The translations under genes and the position numbers were made by a program. The notes beneath the pieces were generated by a model that was not told the DNA's origin, made no database searches, and saw only the letters and a program-made list of their open reading frames with translations. Source: Octopus sinensis (taxonomy: Eukaryota). Taken from it: DNA of 64,000 bases. The stretch lies in NCBI RefSeq assembly GCF_006345805.1, contig NC_043008.1, positions 28,210,001 to 28,274,000 of the forward strand. The letters are read 5' to 3'. Below, one piece after another: positions 27,691 through 40,575 of the stretch (its first letter is position 1; every line of letters begins with the position of its first letter).

Positions 27691-28984
27691 TGCAGTTATG
27701 TTCGAGTATTATTTATTGCGCAAAACTTGGTGCAGTCAGATAAATGAGCTTATACCCTCAATCACTTAAAACCTATTTGTAACTCATTGGTAAGCACATT
27801 ATTCTAAGGACAACAATTATTCCTGAAATGCAAAGTAATGTTCATTGTACGTAGCAATATGATATGATATTGACCGCAAAAATTATTTTCAGATTCTACC
27901 ATGAAGTACATCGGTAAATATCATGCATTAGTTTAAATTATTTATATAGGATTTATTTATATTTGATGTAGGAAACTATGTATTGGCCAGAAGGTTTTCG
28001 CTAGCTATGAAATATATGAATTCTCATGTATTCCCGAGGAAAGGAAACGTCCTCCATTAAATTACGGGTGGATTTGTTTCTTTTTTCTAATTTCCTCAAA
28101 CCATTCTATTGTACAGGATATCATATAGATAACAAACGTACTTCGAACAAAATATTTGAAACATACCAGCTAAAACAATTATACTTGAATATATTTTGCT
28201 CACATAGATTCTGGGAAAATTGCTTAAACAATTATACTCATTGCTTAAATATATTATTGAAAGAAGTGTCCTCTAGTATTATAGCACTCAATATTTATGT
28301 TGTATATTTGATGCTGGCTTTGCTATAATTGTCTCATTTGCGAGTGACACAAAACGGTATGTCAGGTATACAAAACTACCATAGAAAACAAGATGTAATA
28401 AACTTTAATACAACAATTATATAAATCGTTTGCTTCCAAATAAAATCATTGCTTCAAAATAAAGACATTTTTCAAATGTTGCTGCTGTGAGTAAAAAGAA
28501 ATTCTATACTGCTGCATTTTCTATTGTCTGTATTTATTTGAAATATAAGTAAACATAATTCTACGCAAAGTTTTCCGGGTAAATATTGATTCTATGAAAG
28601 GCAGCCTTCCAGAAAAGATTAGAGTTCTTTATATTTCAGAAATAAGATATGAACATAGTTTGATATATCCATGTTGGTTGTAGAATATATTTTGTGCATT
28701 ATCTTCCCTCAATCCATATAGCAAAATTTCACGAATTTCTAATTGAATTTTGTCATATATTTCCTTCATATACATATATATATATCATCCTCATCAATCG
28801 TCACTTTTAATGGCGGTGCATCAGCATGGCGGCAGCTCTGAGCTGAAACTACAGAAAAAATGCCATTATATGTGTGAGTGTATGTATGTGCACGTGTGTA
28901 TTTTTGTGTTCGTGCGTGTATAGGCTTATATGAGTATGTATGCTTGTGTACGTGCGTGCATTTGTCTTTGTATGCGTGCGCGTG

Positions 28985-30890
28985 AAGTACCTTGTAAACT
29001 ATTGTAATTTTGTTTTCTTTTCCACCCATTAATATTTCAGTTATGATGCCATTGTCCCCCTAGAGATTTGTCTGTTGGCACCAGTTTCTATTAATTTTTG
29101 ATTTCACTGATAGGAACAGGTCCCCCCCTCTTCCAACATTACTGTCGGTGGATGATCGTAATTCACTGATGATTTTAAAACGTTTAGAGCAGAAGATTTT
29201 GCACACTTTCTCCATTTCCCCTTTGCCTCTTTTTAATTGGAGTCATTTCCGAACTTTAAAGAGTCATCCCTCTCCTTAATCATTTTAAACATTTCCTCTG
29301 TAGTCTGCATTAGTTTCTTCAGTCGGTCCATGTTTCGGGAAGTCATTTCATAGATGTGGCTTTCCTAATTTACTCAGAGCTAAGTACACGAGGTGATTTT
29401 TATGTTCCTCTACCTACTTTTCCTTTCGTCAAACATTTTCCTCTTCTCTGAGTTTCTTCCACCAGTGCATCATTGCTTTTGCAGTTTTTGCTTTCCATAT
29501 GCATCTTTTAATATTTTGACCAGGAAATTCTAGTCCTCATCAATATTATTACTTGATTCCAAGGTGAAAAACTGTGGAGTATCCTTGCTCAACGCTTCGA
29601 TCGCTATCTAACAGATATTACATTACTCTCACTGAAGAAAGAGTGGAATTACATCTTGCTACAAAAGAAGGGCAGTAAAGAACATTTAAAAACTGTCACC
29701 CGATTTACATTTTCTCTCACTTCTACAAGATGTTCATAAAGGTCGATACACCCCATCGACCAACAGGCGACAGAGCAAGTATGTTTCCGTAAGAACAACA
29801 GTACGGCGTTACGTAATCAACCTTACACACTTCATACAACAAGTGAACGAATACCGGCATCCTTTGTCAATCATTTTTTTTTACTTTAAAAAGGCTTTCG
29901 ATCGCGTCAAGATAAACGCAATTTTAAATTCTCTGGAAAAGCAAGGTGGTATCGCGGTTCAATGCATCAAACGCTAAGTGAATAACATAGCCTTGCCATC
30001 ACAACCAGTAATGATCGCAACTGAGAACTGTGTCAAGCAAGGAAATACCATCTTTCCGAATTTCATTACAGAATGACTCGTATTGGTCATCAGGACATTG
30101 TGAGGATAGGTGGCGTGTATGCCAATAGCGAGTAACTAACTCTCTTGCGATTTGTAGATGACATTGTGCACGTTGCTGAAACCAAAGACCAGTCACACAT
30201 CCTGTTGACGCGGCTGGACACTCATAGCATAAAAGGAACCTTATGAAACCAAAATATACACTGTCGGAGAGGTAATACAAGCCAAATAGATGAATACGTC
30301 TACTTAGGGCACTCAGTAAATGTGCATCGAAATATAGAAGCTGAAATCTCAAACAGAATAAGGGCAACACGGAAGGTGTTTAACTAATATTGACCTCAAT
30401 ACAAAGCTAGATTATGCCACACGGGACAGAATCATCAGTAGCACCCGTCTACCAGCACTTTTATACGTATGTGAGACATGAGTTACTCTGAAATGGAAAT
30501 GACATAAATTGGCTACGGCACAAAGGGCCATGGGAAGACCCATGGTAGGAATATCATTACAAAAGTATATTCGATATGAGACAGTTCGAGAGTGGAATGG
30601 AGTGGAGTGGAGTGAACAATGTGACCACAGAAATCAGAAAGTACAAGATCTGCTAGGTTGAACATGTTGCAAATTTACAGACAACATCAGCGACCCATGT
30701 AGATACAGACTGATATTAAAGAAATCGGAAAACATTTATATAGAAGGCATCTACGGAAACGGGAAGACATTTCAGTCAAGAGATTTCTGGCAAAATGGAA
30801 AAATGGGGCAAGCAAGAGAGAATAAGATACGCGTTGGAACCAGCAGTGTATATTAACATCTGATGTCTGGTGGATACTTTGACACGCTGC
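28985..30890 (+). mobile_element. RTE LINE with inverted 5' segment (28985-29620 minus; 29625-30890 plus)
   Basis: Plus part: KKEWNYILLQKKG...FKKAFDRV...VKQGNTIFP...LRFVDDIV. Minus part ends KSLGDNGIITEILMGG, the KAPG-type motif that directly precedes that region in RTE ORFs. Confidence 0.8.
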
Positions 30891-31010
30891 TGCTGTTTCT
30901 TCTTCTTCTTCTTCTTCTTCTTCTTCTTCTTCTTCTTCTTCTTCTTCTTCTTCTTCTTCTTCTTCTTCTTCTTCTTCTTCTTCTTCTTCTTCTTCTTCTT
31001 CTTCTTCTCG

Positions 31011-31050
<40 letters not shown>

Positions 31051-31084
31051 GATTAATTTATTTTATTTTTATTTTAATCTAGAT

Positions 31085-32395
31085 TCAGCTAACGAGCTGT
31101 GGCCATGCTGGGGCACCGCCATTTGGTGTTGCTACATGACTTTACTTCACGAATGCTTTTTAGCAATTGCCATTTGGTGCGTGAGAGAGTTCGATGCAGC
31201 TACCCTCATCTGCACCTCCTGACGTGAAGTGGGTTCATCTGGGACACCTGACAAGAAGAGATCCAGTTTTATTTTAAAGACATCTGCATCCACCCCATAT
31301 AGGTCTCTTAGGTTCTTCGGGAGGATATTGATGACCTGTGGGCCTCGGAAGCCACGGCTATCACAGTATCGTGGCCTACATCTTGATTGTAAATTTGGAG
31401 TCCTTGACACTGTGCAGTGGCGTCCATTTCTGACATTCGTGTAACTCTCGATGCCAAAGTTTGGGGTAAGTCCTTCTAGGATTTCCAGATGTATATTATG
31501 GCATATCTTTCTCGCCTACGCTCTAAGGAATAGAGTCTCAATCTCTTGAGTCTTTCCCAATAGCTTATATGCTGCACAGAGGCTATCTTCTTTGTGTAGC
31601 TTCGTTGGATCGCCTCAAGTTCTGTGATTAACTTGACCCTGGATGTTGACCATAGCTGAGAGCAATAGTCAAAGTGGCTTAGGAGAAGTGTCATCCAGAG
31701 GACCATCATGGTTTCCTGGTCTCTTGTTCTAAAGGTTCTAAGAATTCATCCGGTCAGCTGCCTACATTTCATTGCCAATTTAAAAACATGCACATGAAAG
31801 GTTGCATCATCACTAATGTAAATATCCAGGTCTCGCACTGATTGTGCCTCTGGGAGTGCATTCCATCCAGGTCCAGTGTATTTATTGGGTATTGCATTTA
31901 GTTTTGCATGCATAAAGCTTGAAACTTTTCAGCATTGAACTGCATGCTATTCTTTTCAGCCCATTTGTATATTACGTCCAACTCACATTGCAGGTGCATA
32001 GTGTCTTCAGGGTTCTGTACTGCCTGTGAAACTTTTGTATTATCTGCATAACTTGTGATCGTGGCTCTCTGCATGGCTGAGGGCATGTCTGAGAGGGCCA
32101 CTATGAACAGTAGTGGTCCCAAAACAGTGCCTTGCGGAACACCGCTCACTATTTGCGTGTTAATGGAAGGGCCCCATTGGCTTACTACCCCTGACTTCTA
32201 TCCTTCAGAAAAGTCATGAGCCATTCTCCCAATTTTCCAACTATGCCAAGATCATCAGTTTGTGACATATCATTCCATGGTCGACTTTATCAAAGGACTT
32301 TGCAAAGTCGAGATATATGACTTCCACATTTGAGTGCTTGAGCAGTCGTTTCAGCACCCAGTCATAGTGTTGTAGGAGCTGAGTTAAACAGCTTA
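31085..32395 (-). mobile_element. CR1-clade LINE 3' part (RT)
   Basis: DFAKSFDKVDHG, SGVPQGTVLGPLLFIVALSDMP, SYADNTK, SHFDYCSQLWS, YWERLKRLRLYSLERRRER. Confidence 0.92.
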
Positions 32396-32663
32396 TTATT
32401 ATTATTATTATCATTATTATTATATTATTATATTATTATTATTATTATTATATTTTATATTATTATGATTTTATATTATTATTATTATTATTATTGCTAT
32501 ATATTTTTTATTATATCTTATTATTATTTTTTTATTATTTATTATTAATTAATTATTATTATTATTATATTATTATTATTATTATTATTATATTATTATT
32601 ATTATTTGTAATTATTATTATTATTATTATTATATTTTTATTATTATTGTTATTATTATTATT

Positions 32664-32694
<31 letters not shown>

Positions 32695-32699
32695 TATTA

Positions 32700-33075
32700 T
32701 ATGAAAAGTCACAGCTTATTTTGCTTGGCATGATGTAAAGTGTGAGTTATCCACAACCAGCAATCTAAGATGACACTTGTTTACTGGTCATGCTTCAAGA
32801 ACCTTGCAAAGAATTCTTGTAGTTCCAAGCAAAGCTGATTTTTTCAGTGTTCTACCTCTACATTTGCACCAGTATTTTTTTAGCCATGCTGGTAGTTAAG
32901 CGCTGATACTTCCAAGTGCACCAATTACTGGTGGTATCACTTCTATTCTCTTCATAAACCATAACCTTCCTATTTTCCACTTTAAATCGTCATAGTTGTT
33001 TTTTTTTCATCTTACACATTGATCCTGTTGTCATCGGGGCATGCTATGTCGGTAATCATGCATGTTCTTTCTTTC
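32700..33075 (-). mobile_element. R4/Dong-like (restriction-like endonuclease) LINE 3' end with (AAT)n tail at 32395-32700
   Basis: CMITDIACPDDNRI...YDDLK...LWFMKRIEVIPPVIGALG...KSALLGTTRILCKVLEA*. Confidence 0.8.
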
Positions 33076-34600
33076 TTATTCACCACAATCTCCAAGTAAT
33101 TATAGCCTGTCTCTTCTATCTGTTCATAACTTCACCGCTTCATCCTACATGGCTATCCCCCTCACCACTATTCACACCGCCTTTGCTAGAGCACTTCCGT
33201 GGACCGTGCATCAGCCCTTGCCACCGCACCCACCCCGACATCCCCCGCCTCCCGTTTCTCCTCATCTCCCAACGCACCATTCTTCGTGCCTTCCGGCGAC
33301 TCCAGTTCCACCGCTCCACTTTGCACATCTTCCCTAACTGGACCCTCCCCTCCTTCAAACGTGCCCACAACCTACGAGACCTCTTGGTCCACAGTCTCTT
33401 CCCTAACTTAATCTCCCAACCCGGCTCGTTCCCCTGCTCCCGCCCACGCTGCTGCACTTGTCCTTACCTCTCCAATACCACTCTCCTCACCGGCACCTAT
33501 CATCGAACCTATCATATCACCAACTGCTTCACCTGCACTCCTAGCAATGTCATCTACTGCATCTCGCGCTCTCTCTGCCCTTCTCAGCTTGGCTGACCGA
33601 TTCGCAGAACACCTACGAGGCACCCGACTCGGCAATGGCACCACGGTCTCACGCCACTTCCGCTCTACCGGTCTTTCTTTGCAACACTTGTCTGTGTTCG
33701 GATTATTCTTGCACAGGGGTCATCTGTAATCCCGTCTTAGCTGTGAACGGAGATTAGTTTTCTATCTTCGCTCTTTTGCCCCACATAGGCTCAACTCTCC
33801 TCCCCGCTTCATCTAACTCTCCTCCCCTCTCCTCTTTTCCTCTCACATATACTTCCTCCCACCCACCTCTCCTCACTTGCTCCGACTCCTACATCTTCTC
33901 TTCACTCCTGCCCTCCTTCTCTCTTCTCTTCACTCCTACTCACCTTCTCCCATTCCACTCTTCTTTCATTTTCACCCCTCCATTTTAACATCACCCCTAC
34001 ACAATCCAACCCCAACTTCCCTATACATCCATTACACCAACTCCATATACCCCACCCTCAGCCTAAACTACACCCCACCCTTGCTTTCCCTTCACTTAAG
34101 TCCCCCACGTCCTAACAACACCACACACCATACACCACCACACCACTCACCACCATCTCACACAATACCACTTTACATCAGCACCACGTACACACTAGCA
34201 CTGACCACTTCTTAGCCCCACACCAGCACCCACACAACTACACACGCACACAGGCACACGTCAAGATCACCAGTCCTCTTCCACAGGCACATACATGCTG
34301 TAATATACACACACGCGGGCCTTCGTATTGTGATCTCCACTACTTTATTATCTCCTCCTCCTCTTCCTAGCTCTCCTGTGCGACCCCTCTGTCAACCATT
34401 CACCATGGGAGATCGCTAGCCACTACCCATTCTTTATTTTATTTACCTGTTTCTTTCTGTGTTCCATTCTGTGGAAGAGCGTAGGCTCGAAACATTAAAG
34501 ACCTTTTCAATTACCGAGCGTTAAACTAATACATTTTCGTTGTATACACCACATGTCTGCGTCTTGTTTTTGTTAACATTCCCTATATAAACATATATAT
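33075..34600 (+). mobile_element. C-rich PLE GIY-YIG 3' fragment with long 3' UTR
   Basis: SFKRAHNLRDLLVHS, PGSFPCSRPRCCTCPY, FTCTPSNVIYCI, LADRFAEHLRG. Confidence 0.85.
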
Positions 34601-34879
34601 ATATATATACATATAGATATATGTATATATATATATATTATTGTCTGGGGAGAGTCATTATCTTTTATTGTCTCATAACTAAGCACACTTAGCGGTTTGA
34701 TTTATGCTCATTTATTTAATTTCTACTAACATTTTCGTTGCGTCTTGCTACCTCCTCAACAGTCGTTGACTCTGTCAGTTATGAGAGCTGTCCTCATTTT
34801 GCCTGTTTGTGCGTATGTGTGTGAGTCAATGTGCATGTCTATACACATGTGTATGCCTATGTATATATATATATATATA

Positions 34880-35099
34880 TATTATATTAAATTAGAGACA
34901 AACCACTATTAGGCAAATCATACAATGAAAACTTAAGCCAATACATAAGATTAATTAATTTATATATTTTACATATATATAATAATTATTAAAAAAAGGA
35001 TATGAGTATACACAACGATAGTTTCATGGCTGTCCAATTCGTATAATTCGAGTTACAGTGAATCTTCAGGTGATTAAAATATTTATCTTAGCGAGGTTT

Positions 35100-35100
<1 letters not shown>
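34880..35100 (-). repeat. Family A-related PLE terminal fragment between (TA)n runs
   Basis: gagacaaaccactatt and aatcttcaggtg are shared with 13671-13795. Confidence 0.6.
35011..35072 (-). ncRNA. Decayed hammerhead motif (A-like, long stem II)
   Basis: Minus strand CAC-CTGAAGA-TTCACTGT...ACAGCCAT-GAAA-C TATC G-TT-GTG. Stem II is imperfect. Confidence 0.55.
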
Positions 35101-35142
<42 letters not shown>

Positions 35143-37078
35143 ATATATTATATAAGCAATAAGGGTTAGCAACGAGTTGCCTTACCACATACCGAATTTA
35201 GAAATAGCAGTCAAAGGGTTATAGCTATTTCTTCTATAAAAAGGAGATCTCAGTAAAAACACATATATATATATATAAATGTATGTATATATATATACAC
35301 ATATGTATGTTGGTATACGTATGTGTACGTTTACATGTATATATATGTATATATATAATGTATATGTATGTATACATGTATGTATATATATTTACATAAA
35401 TATAATTTAGTGAGTATGCATTTCCATATCACTCACAAACATTTCAATTCTTGTATGTTTGTGCGCACGCGCATGTGTGTATGTGTAGGGGTCTAGAAAT
35501 GTGTGTGTCGGAGTGAACTATATTTTCCCTTGTGCTTGATGCATCAGTGAAATGCTGGATGAAACTGCGATATATATTATGACTGATGTCAAAATATATT
35601 TTGTTTAATTATAACCAATTGCTGCAATGTACTGTAATATTAATGGAATATAGGTGAAGATACCATGCTGTCTATTAATATTTACGTCATACCTCCTGTT
35701 TGGAATTAGCTGCAACATACTCACTTGTGATGCGGAGTTTATTTTTGTTCTTATCCTTGCTATCATCGTATTGTAGTCCGTTTGGATGTATGTTTATAAT
35801 GAATTTGCGTATCATTACTTCAAAAAAGTAATTCCAATATCTCTAACGAAGTAATGAAAAATTTACGGTATTAGCGCACTTTTCTGTAAATCAAATAGAA
35901 GAAAAATTCTCCTCTAAATGGGCATTTTATGAAATACTAGCAGAGATGGCCGGCGTTGCCAGTGTTACATTCAATTGAGGAATTAGACTTTTCTGTTATA
36001 TTTTCTGTAATGAACTGGAATATCTATGTTTCGGATTTCATCAAAATTGCAGATGAGCGTTATTTCCCTCTTTACACACCATAAAAAAATTGTAATCGTG
36101 TCACATGTATCCTATACTACTGATTTTTATATGCATACTCCAAAATTCCAGTCTTATTGAACCTGTTAAAAGGATTTTGCACCTGAGAAATGAAGGTCAT
36201 GGAGATCTAAAATGTGAGAGTTAAGGCCCCTGTTGTGTGTGGGTGTCTTAATGTCAATCAGAGATGTTGAATTGTTGAGAATCTTTTTAACTTGGGTTTT
36301 ATATCTATTGATTGAATTTCTTTGAAATGGGAAATACATGTTCACTGGGTTTGGAAAATAGAGCAAAGCTACAGCAAACCAAAGGAGGAATGATCACAAT
36401 AAGCAGTCAGCTACCTTACCCTAGTCGTTGCCACTCCCAATGTAAGATTCCTCACCATCTAAGTGACTGGCACAGAAGTAAGATGCATTACGATTTTATA
36501 GCAATTGGAAGGGCACGACCCAACTGAAATAAACATTAACAACTGTGTGACATAAGTGCTAAGGACAAATGAAATTGTCACCTCTGGAGTTTGCAAATGA
36601 CCACAATACAGATACGTAACTGGACAGAATAAATTTACAATCTATAAATGTCTTTGAATAACCAGTCACTCACCTGGGAAGGTCTTGAAATCAATGTTAC
36701 CATGTGGGGACTATGTGTGACCCAGTAATAATAAAAAGACTGAAAGGAGGTCTATAATCAAACAACTTTACTCAACCCTTTGCAACTGAATCAGTGGAGG
36801 CAAAGATGCCTCTCATTTATTTGACAATTTATGCACCACATTGCAGAAATCACAATGTAAGTGTATGTCAAAGCAAAGCGTTATGCTGTTTTGCCATTGA
36901 ATTACAAAATAATGCTCATATTTTATGATCGGGTAACCCTACAGCTTCCAAGAGTACAACTGTATTCGTCTTTCCTTATATAAAATGAAGAAAAATTGTG
37001 GGCATTAAGTCACCATGGAGGGGTCTTTCTAACTAATGAGAAGATGAAATTTTATAAATATTACTTTATTGTGTCTAT

Positions 37079-37346
37079 TATCTGTGATTAAAATTTCATC
37101 AACAGCAAAAATATATGAATTGTCATAGGGGTTATGGCCCTTATGCATAGAATATAAATTCCAAATTTTATAAAGATTCATTCAGTACTTCTGATCTAGT
37201 TTTGGATCATGAAAGAAATTACTAAAATTTACGAGTTAAGGGATATTATTGTTAATAAAATATTCTAGAAATAGCTGTAAGACATTCTATCTATAAATGC
37301 TCTAATATCTATACAGCCTTGGTTTTTTTTATCTCATTACGCAAAC

Positions 37347-37351
<5 letters not shown>
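37079..37351 (+). repeat. 273-bp inverted repeat, left arm
   Basis: Reverse complement of 39740-40012 with a few substitutions. Confidence 0.92.
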
Positions 37352-37410
<59 letters not shown>

Positions 37411-37561
37411 ATATATATATGGCTAATTCTGAAATTAAATCGGCAGTTTATATTTGCTGCTGATAAGTTGGCGCGATGACGGTAGATTTTGAAAGTTTAG
37501 AGTATGTATTGCCGAGGCATCGATGCTGTTGCCTCGTGGAAAATATATATTCCCCCTGGCT

Positions 37562-37669
37562 TCTTTGCCGATGAGACGGGCCAGTGGTAAATTGATTTAA
37601 TTAAATTTAATTTAATTTACTTAAGCTGGTTTGCCAAGATGTACGTCGAAACTATGCATAATCCGAAGA
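37562..37669 (+). ncRNA. Family B hammerhead variant (U4C; stem III mismatch)
   Basis: TCTTTG-CCGATGA-GACG-[65 nt]-CGTC-GAAA-CTATGCATAA-TC-CGAAGA. Confidence 0.75.
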
Positions 37670-37807
37670 TGATAAGGGTAAATGTTTTTAATTTTCTTTG
37701 GTTTCTGAATTAATGCTATTTAGCGGTTTGAGTTTGGCTGCTCGTTTTAGTGAGTCGAATGGCCTATCAAGGCCATTCCTTAATATTATTGTTGAATGTA
37801 CATTATA

Positions 37808-39069
37808 CGACGGACGTTCAATAAGTAATGCCTGTGACCCACTTGCATTTGTTTGATCTAGTTGAAATTTTGCATGTGCAAATATTTATATCTCTATAGA
37901 TGAAGTAGCAAATTACAGTTCTAAACTAATTGTGGTTTTTGATTTACAGGTATTTGAAATGAGTCAAGTGTGAAATGGAGCCTGTTGAGTGTCGAGCAGT
38001 GACACGGTTTTTGTATTTGAAAGGACGCACACAACTGGAAACTTTTGATGAAATGAAAGTAACTTATGGTGATGATGCCCCATCATATGACCTTGTAAAA
38101 CGCTGGCATCGTGAATTCAAACATGGTCGGAACTCTGTGGAAACAGCTCCCAGATCTGGTCGACCTCTTCTGCCATTGATGAGACATCTTTCTGTCAAGT
38201 TAAGGATGCCATTTTGGAAAATCGACGCATAACTATTCACCAAATAGCTCATGAGGTCAAGATTAGTACCGGGTCTGTGTAAACTATCATTCACGACCAT
38301 TTGCATATGCAAAAGGTGTCTGACAGATGGATTCCCAGGTTGCTCACACCTTTCCAGAAGCAAGAACGCGTTCTGGTCCTGGAGGATGAATTTGGAGATG
38401 TGCCAAGAAGATGAGTCAAAATTTTTCAAAAGACTGATTATACAGGATGAAACCTGGGTCCATCACTATGATCCAGAGACCAAAGCCAAGTCAATGCAGT
38501 GGAAGCACCGTGACTTACCTCCTCTAAAGAAGGCAAGGGTGCAGTCTTCTGGGACCAGGACGAAGTAGTAATGACAGATTTCCTTCAAAGGGTAACACAA
38601 TTACAGGATCCTATTATGCTTCACATTTGAGGAAATTAAGAGAAGCTATCAAAATCAAGAGGCGGGGCAAGATCAGCAAAGGCATCCTCCTCCTGCAGGA
38701 CAACGCTCCGGTTCACAACTCGCGTGTCGCCAGATCAGAAGCACAGGCGTGCGGCTATGAACCCCTCCCCCTCCCCCTACTCTCCTGACCTTGCAACCTC
38801 TGATTTTCATCTCTTCCCAGCCATGAAGTTGTTTTTGAAAGGAAAGCGTTTCCCAGATGATGCAGCCTTGATTTCTGAAGTCACGTCGTGGTTGGAGGAC
38901 CAAGCTGGGGTCTTCTCCAAAAATGGTCTCCAGAGCTGCATCAAACGATGGGAGAAATGCATAACTCTGGGTGGTTCCTATGCAGTGAAAGACTAATAAC
39001 TGTGCCAAGTTTCGTTGCTCTACTGCTAAGGGAAGTGGGTCAGGGGCATTACTTATTGAACGCCCGTCG
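37808..39069 (+). mobile_element. Full-length mariner (DD34D-type), frameshifted
   Basis: TIRs cgacggacgttcaataagtaatgcc and ggcattacttattgaacgcccgtcg, TA duplication at 37806-07 and 39070-71. MEPVECRAVTRFLYLKG, QDETWVHHYDPETK, QDNAPVH, YSPDLATSDFHLF. Confidence 0.96.
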
Positions 39070-39311
39070 TAAAGTCTTTTGACTATTTTTTGTTTCTCAC
39101 TATACCGCTGGTGCCGAAAAAATTTCTCTTGAATTTTTTGCTACCCTGATATTGATTAATTATTGATTTTTTGTCTAATTCTGAAATTAAATCGGCAGTT
39201 TATATTTGCTGCTGATAAGTTGGCGTGATGACGGTAGAATTTGAAAGTTTAGAGTATATATTCCCGACGCATCGATGCTGTTGCCTCGTGGGATATATAT
39301 TCCCCCTGGCT

Positions 39312-39409
39312 TCTTTGCCGATGAGACGGGCCAGTGGTAAATTGATTTAATTTAATTTACTTAAGCTGGTTTGCCAAGATCTACGTCGAAACTCTGCATA
39401 GTCCAAAGA
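39312..39409 (+). ncRNA. Family B hammerhead variant (U4C), GUC site intact
   Basis: TCTTTG-CCGATGA-GACG-[55 nt]-CGTC-GAAA-CTCTGCATAG-TC-CAAAGA. Confidence 0.8.
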
Positions 39410-39636
39410 TGATAAGGGTAAATGTTTTTAATTTTCCTTTAATTCTGAATTAATACTATTTAGTGGTTTGAGTTTGGCTGCTCGTTTTAGTGAGTCGAAT
39501 GGCCTATCAATGCCATTCCTTAATATTATTGTTGAATGTACGTTATATTTTGTCTGTTGACTATTTTTTTCTTTCTCACTAGACCGCTGGTGGCGAAAAA
39601 ATTTCTCTTGAATTTTTGCTACCTTGATATTGATTA

Positions 39637-39667
<31 letters not shown>

Positions 39668-39676
39668 ATATAATAT

Positions 39677-39725
<49 letters not shown>

Positions 39726-39739
39726 ATACATGTATATCT

Positions 39740-40012
39740 GAAATGTTTGCGTAATGAGATAAAAAAAAGCCAAAGCTGTATAGATATTAGAGCATTTATC
39801 GATAGAATGTCTTACAGCTATTTCTAGAATATTAATTAACAATAATATCCCTTAACTCGTAAATTTTAGTAATTTCTTTCATGATCCAAAACTAGGTCAG
39901 AAGTACTGAATGGATCTTTATGAAATTTGGAATTTATATTATATGCATAAGGGCCATAACCCCTATGACAATTCATATATTTTTGCTGTTGATGAAATTT
40001 TAATCACAGATA
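39740..40012 (-). repeat. 273-bp inverted repeat, right arm
   Basis: Reverse complement of 37079-37351. Confidence 0.92.
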
Positions 40013-40454
40013 TATATACATATATATACATATATATCTATATATGTATATATATATATATTATATATATATAGTATATATATAATTATATATATATAGA
40101 TATAATATATATAATACATGCATGTAAATTAAAATTTAAAATAACAAGGGTGAAAAATTGAATATAGATTTGATTAGTATGAATTTAAAACCAGTGGTGT
40201 AGCATATAAGACCATAGCGGATCTTCTAGAAGAATTGATGTCCAGTTACAGTTTATCCCTGTTATATAATAGTTTCACTTTAATTAATAGTTTCAGTATT
40301 AAAGTGAAAGAATCTGACATTACAATAGAGTGATGTTTTTCTTTCACTTTTGACGCGTAATACTGAAATAGTGGAGATGATATGATATTGCTGTGGGTTC
40401 GCCCTTGGCAAGTAGTTAAAAATGTTTTTGCCCATACCACTACATGGAGCCTAA

Positions 40455-40575
40455 GTAAGGCATGTGTAAAATTTGAATGAAATTGGTTGTGTAGTTCTCA
40501 AGTTTTAGGGATTCAGACAGGACAGACACACACACACACACACACACACACATTCTCAGTTTTATATACATAGAT
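40455..40575. mobile_element. Possible Helitron/Helentron-type non-autonomous element end
   Basis: aaatttg...gaaattggttgtgtagttctcaag...acagacacacac...ttttatatacatagat resembles HINE/DINE-like termini. Resemblance only. Confidence 0.3.

Larger units (their letters stand above)
37420..39636 (+). repeat. Head-to-tail dimer of the family B HHR repeat (~476 nt monomer) interrupted by a mariner
   Basis: ctaattctgaaattaaatcggcag at 37422 and 39175. Homologous to the reverse complement of 15030-15700. Flanked by (TA)n on both sides. Confidence 0.9.

Noticed and set aside
33780-34260. Long C/T-rich tract
   Set aside because: Lies in the PLE 3' UTR and reflects the strand bias of that family; no separate signal
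34725-34790. Minus-strand CTGACAGA...GAAAATGTT
   Set aside because: Core insertion, broken stems II and III; too degenerate to call
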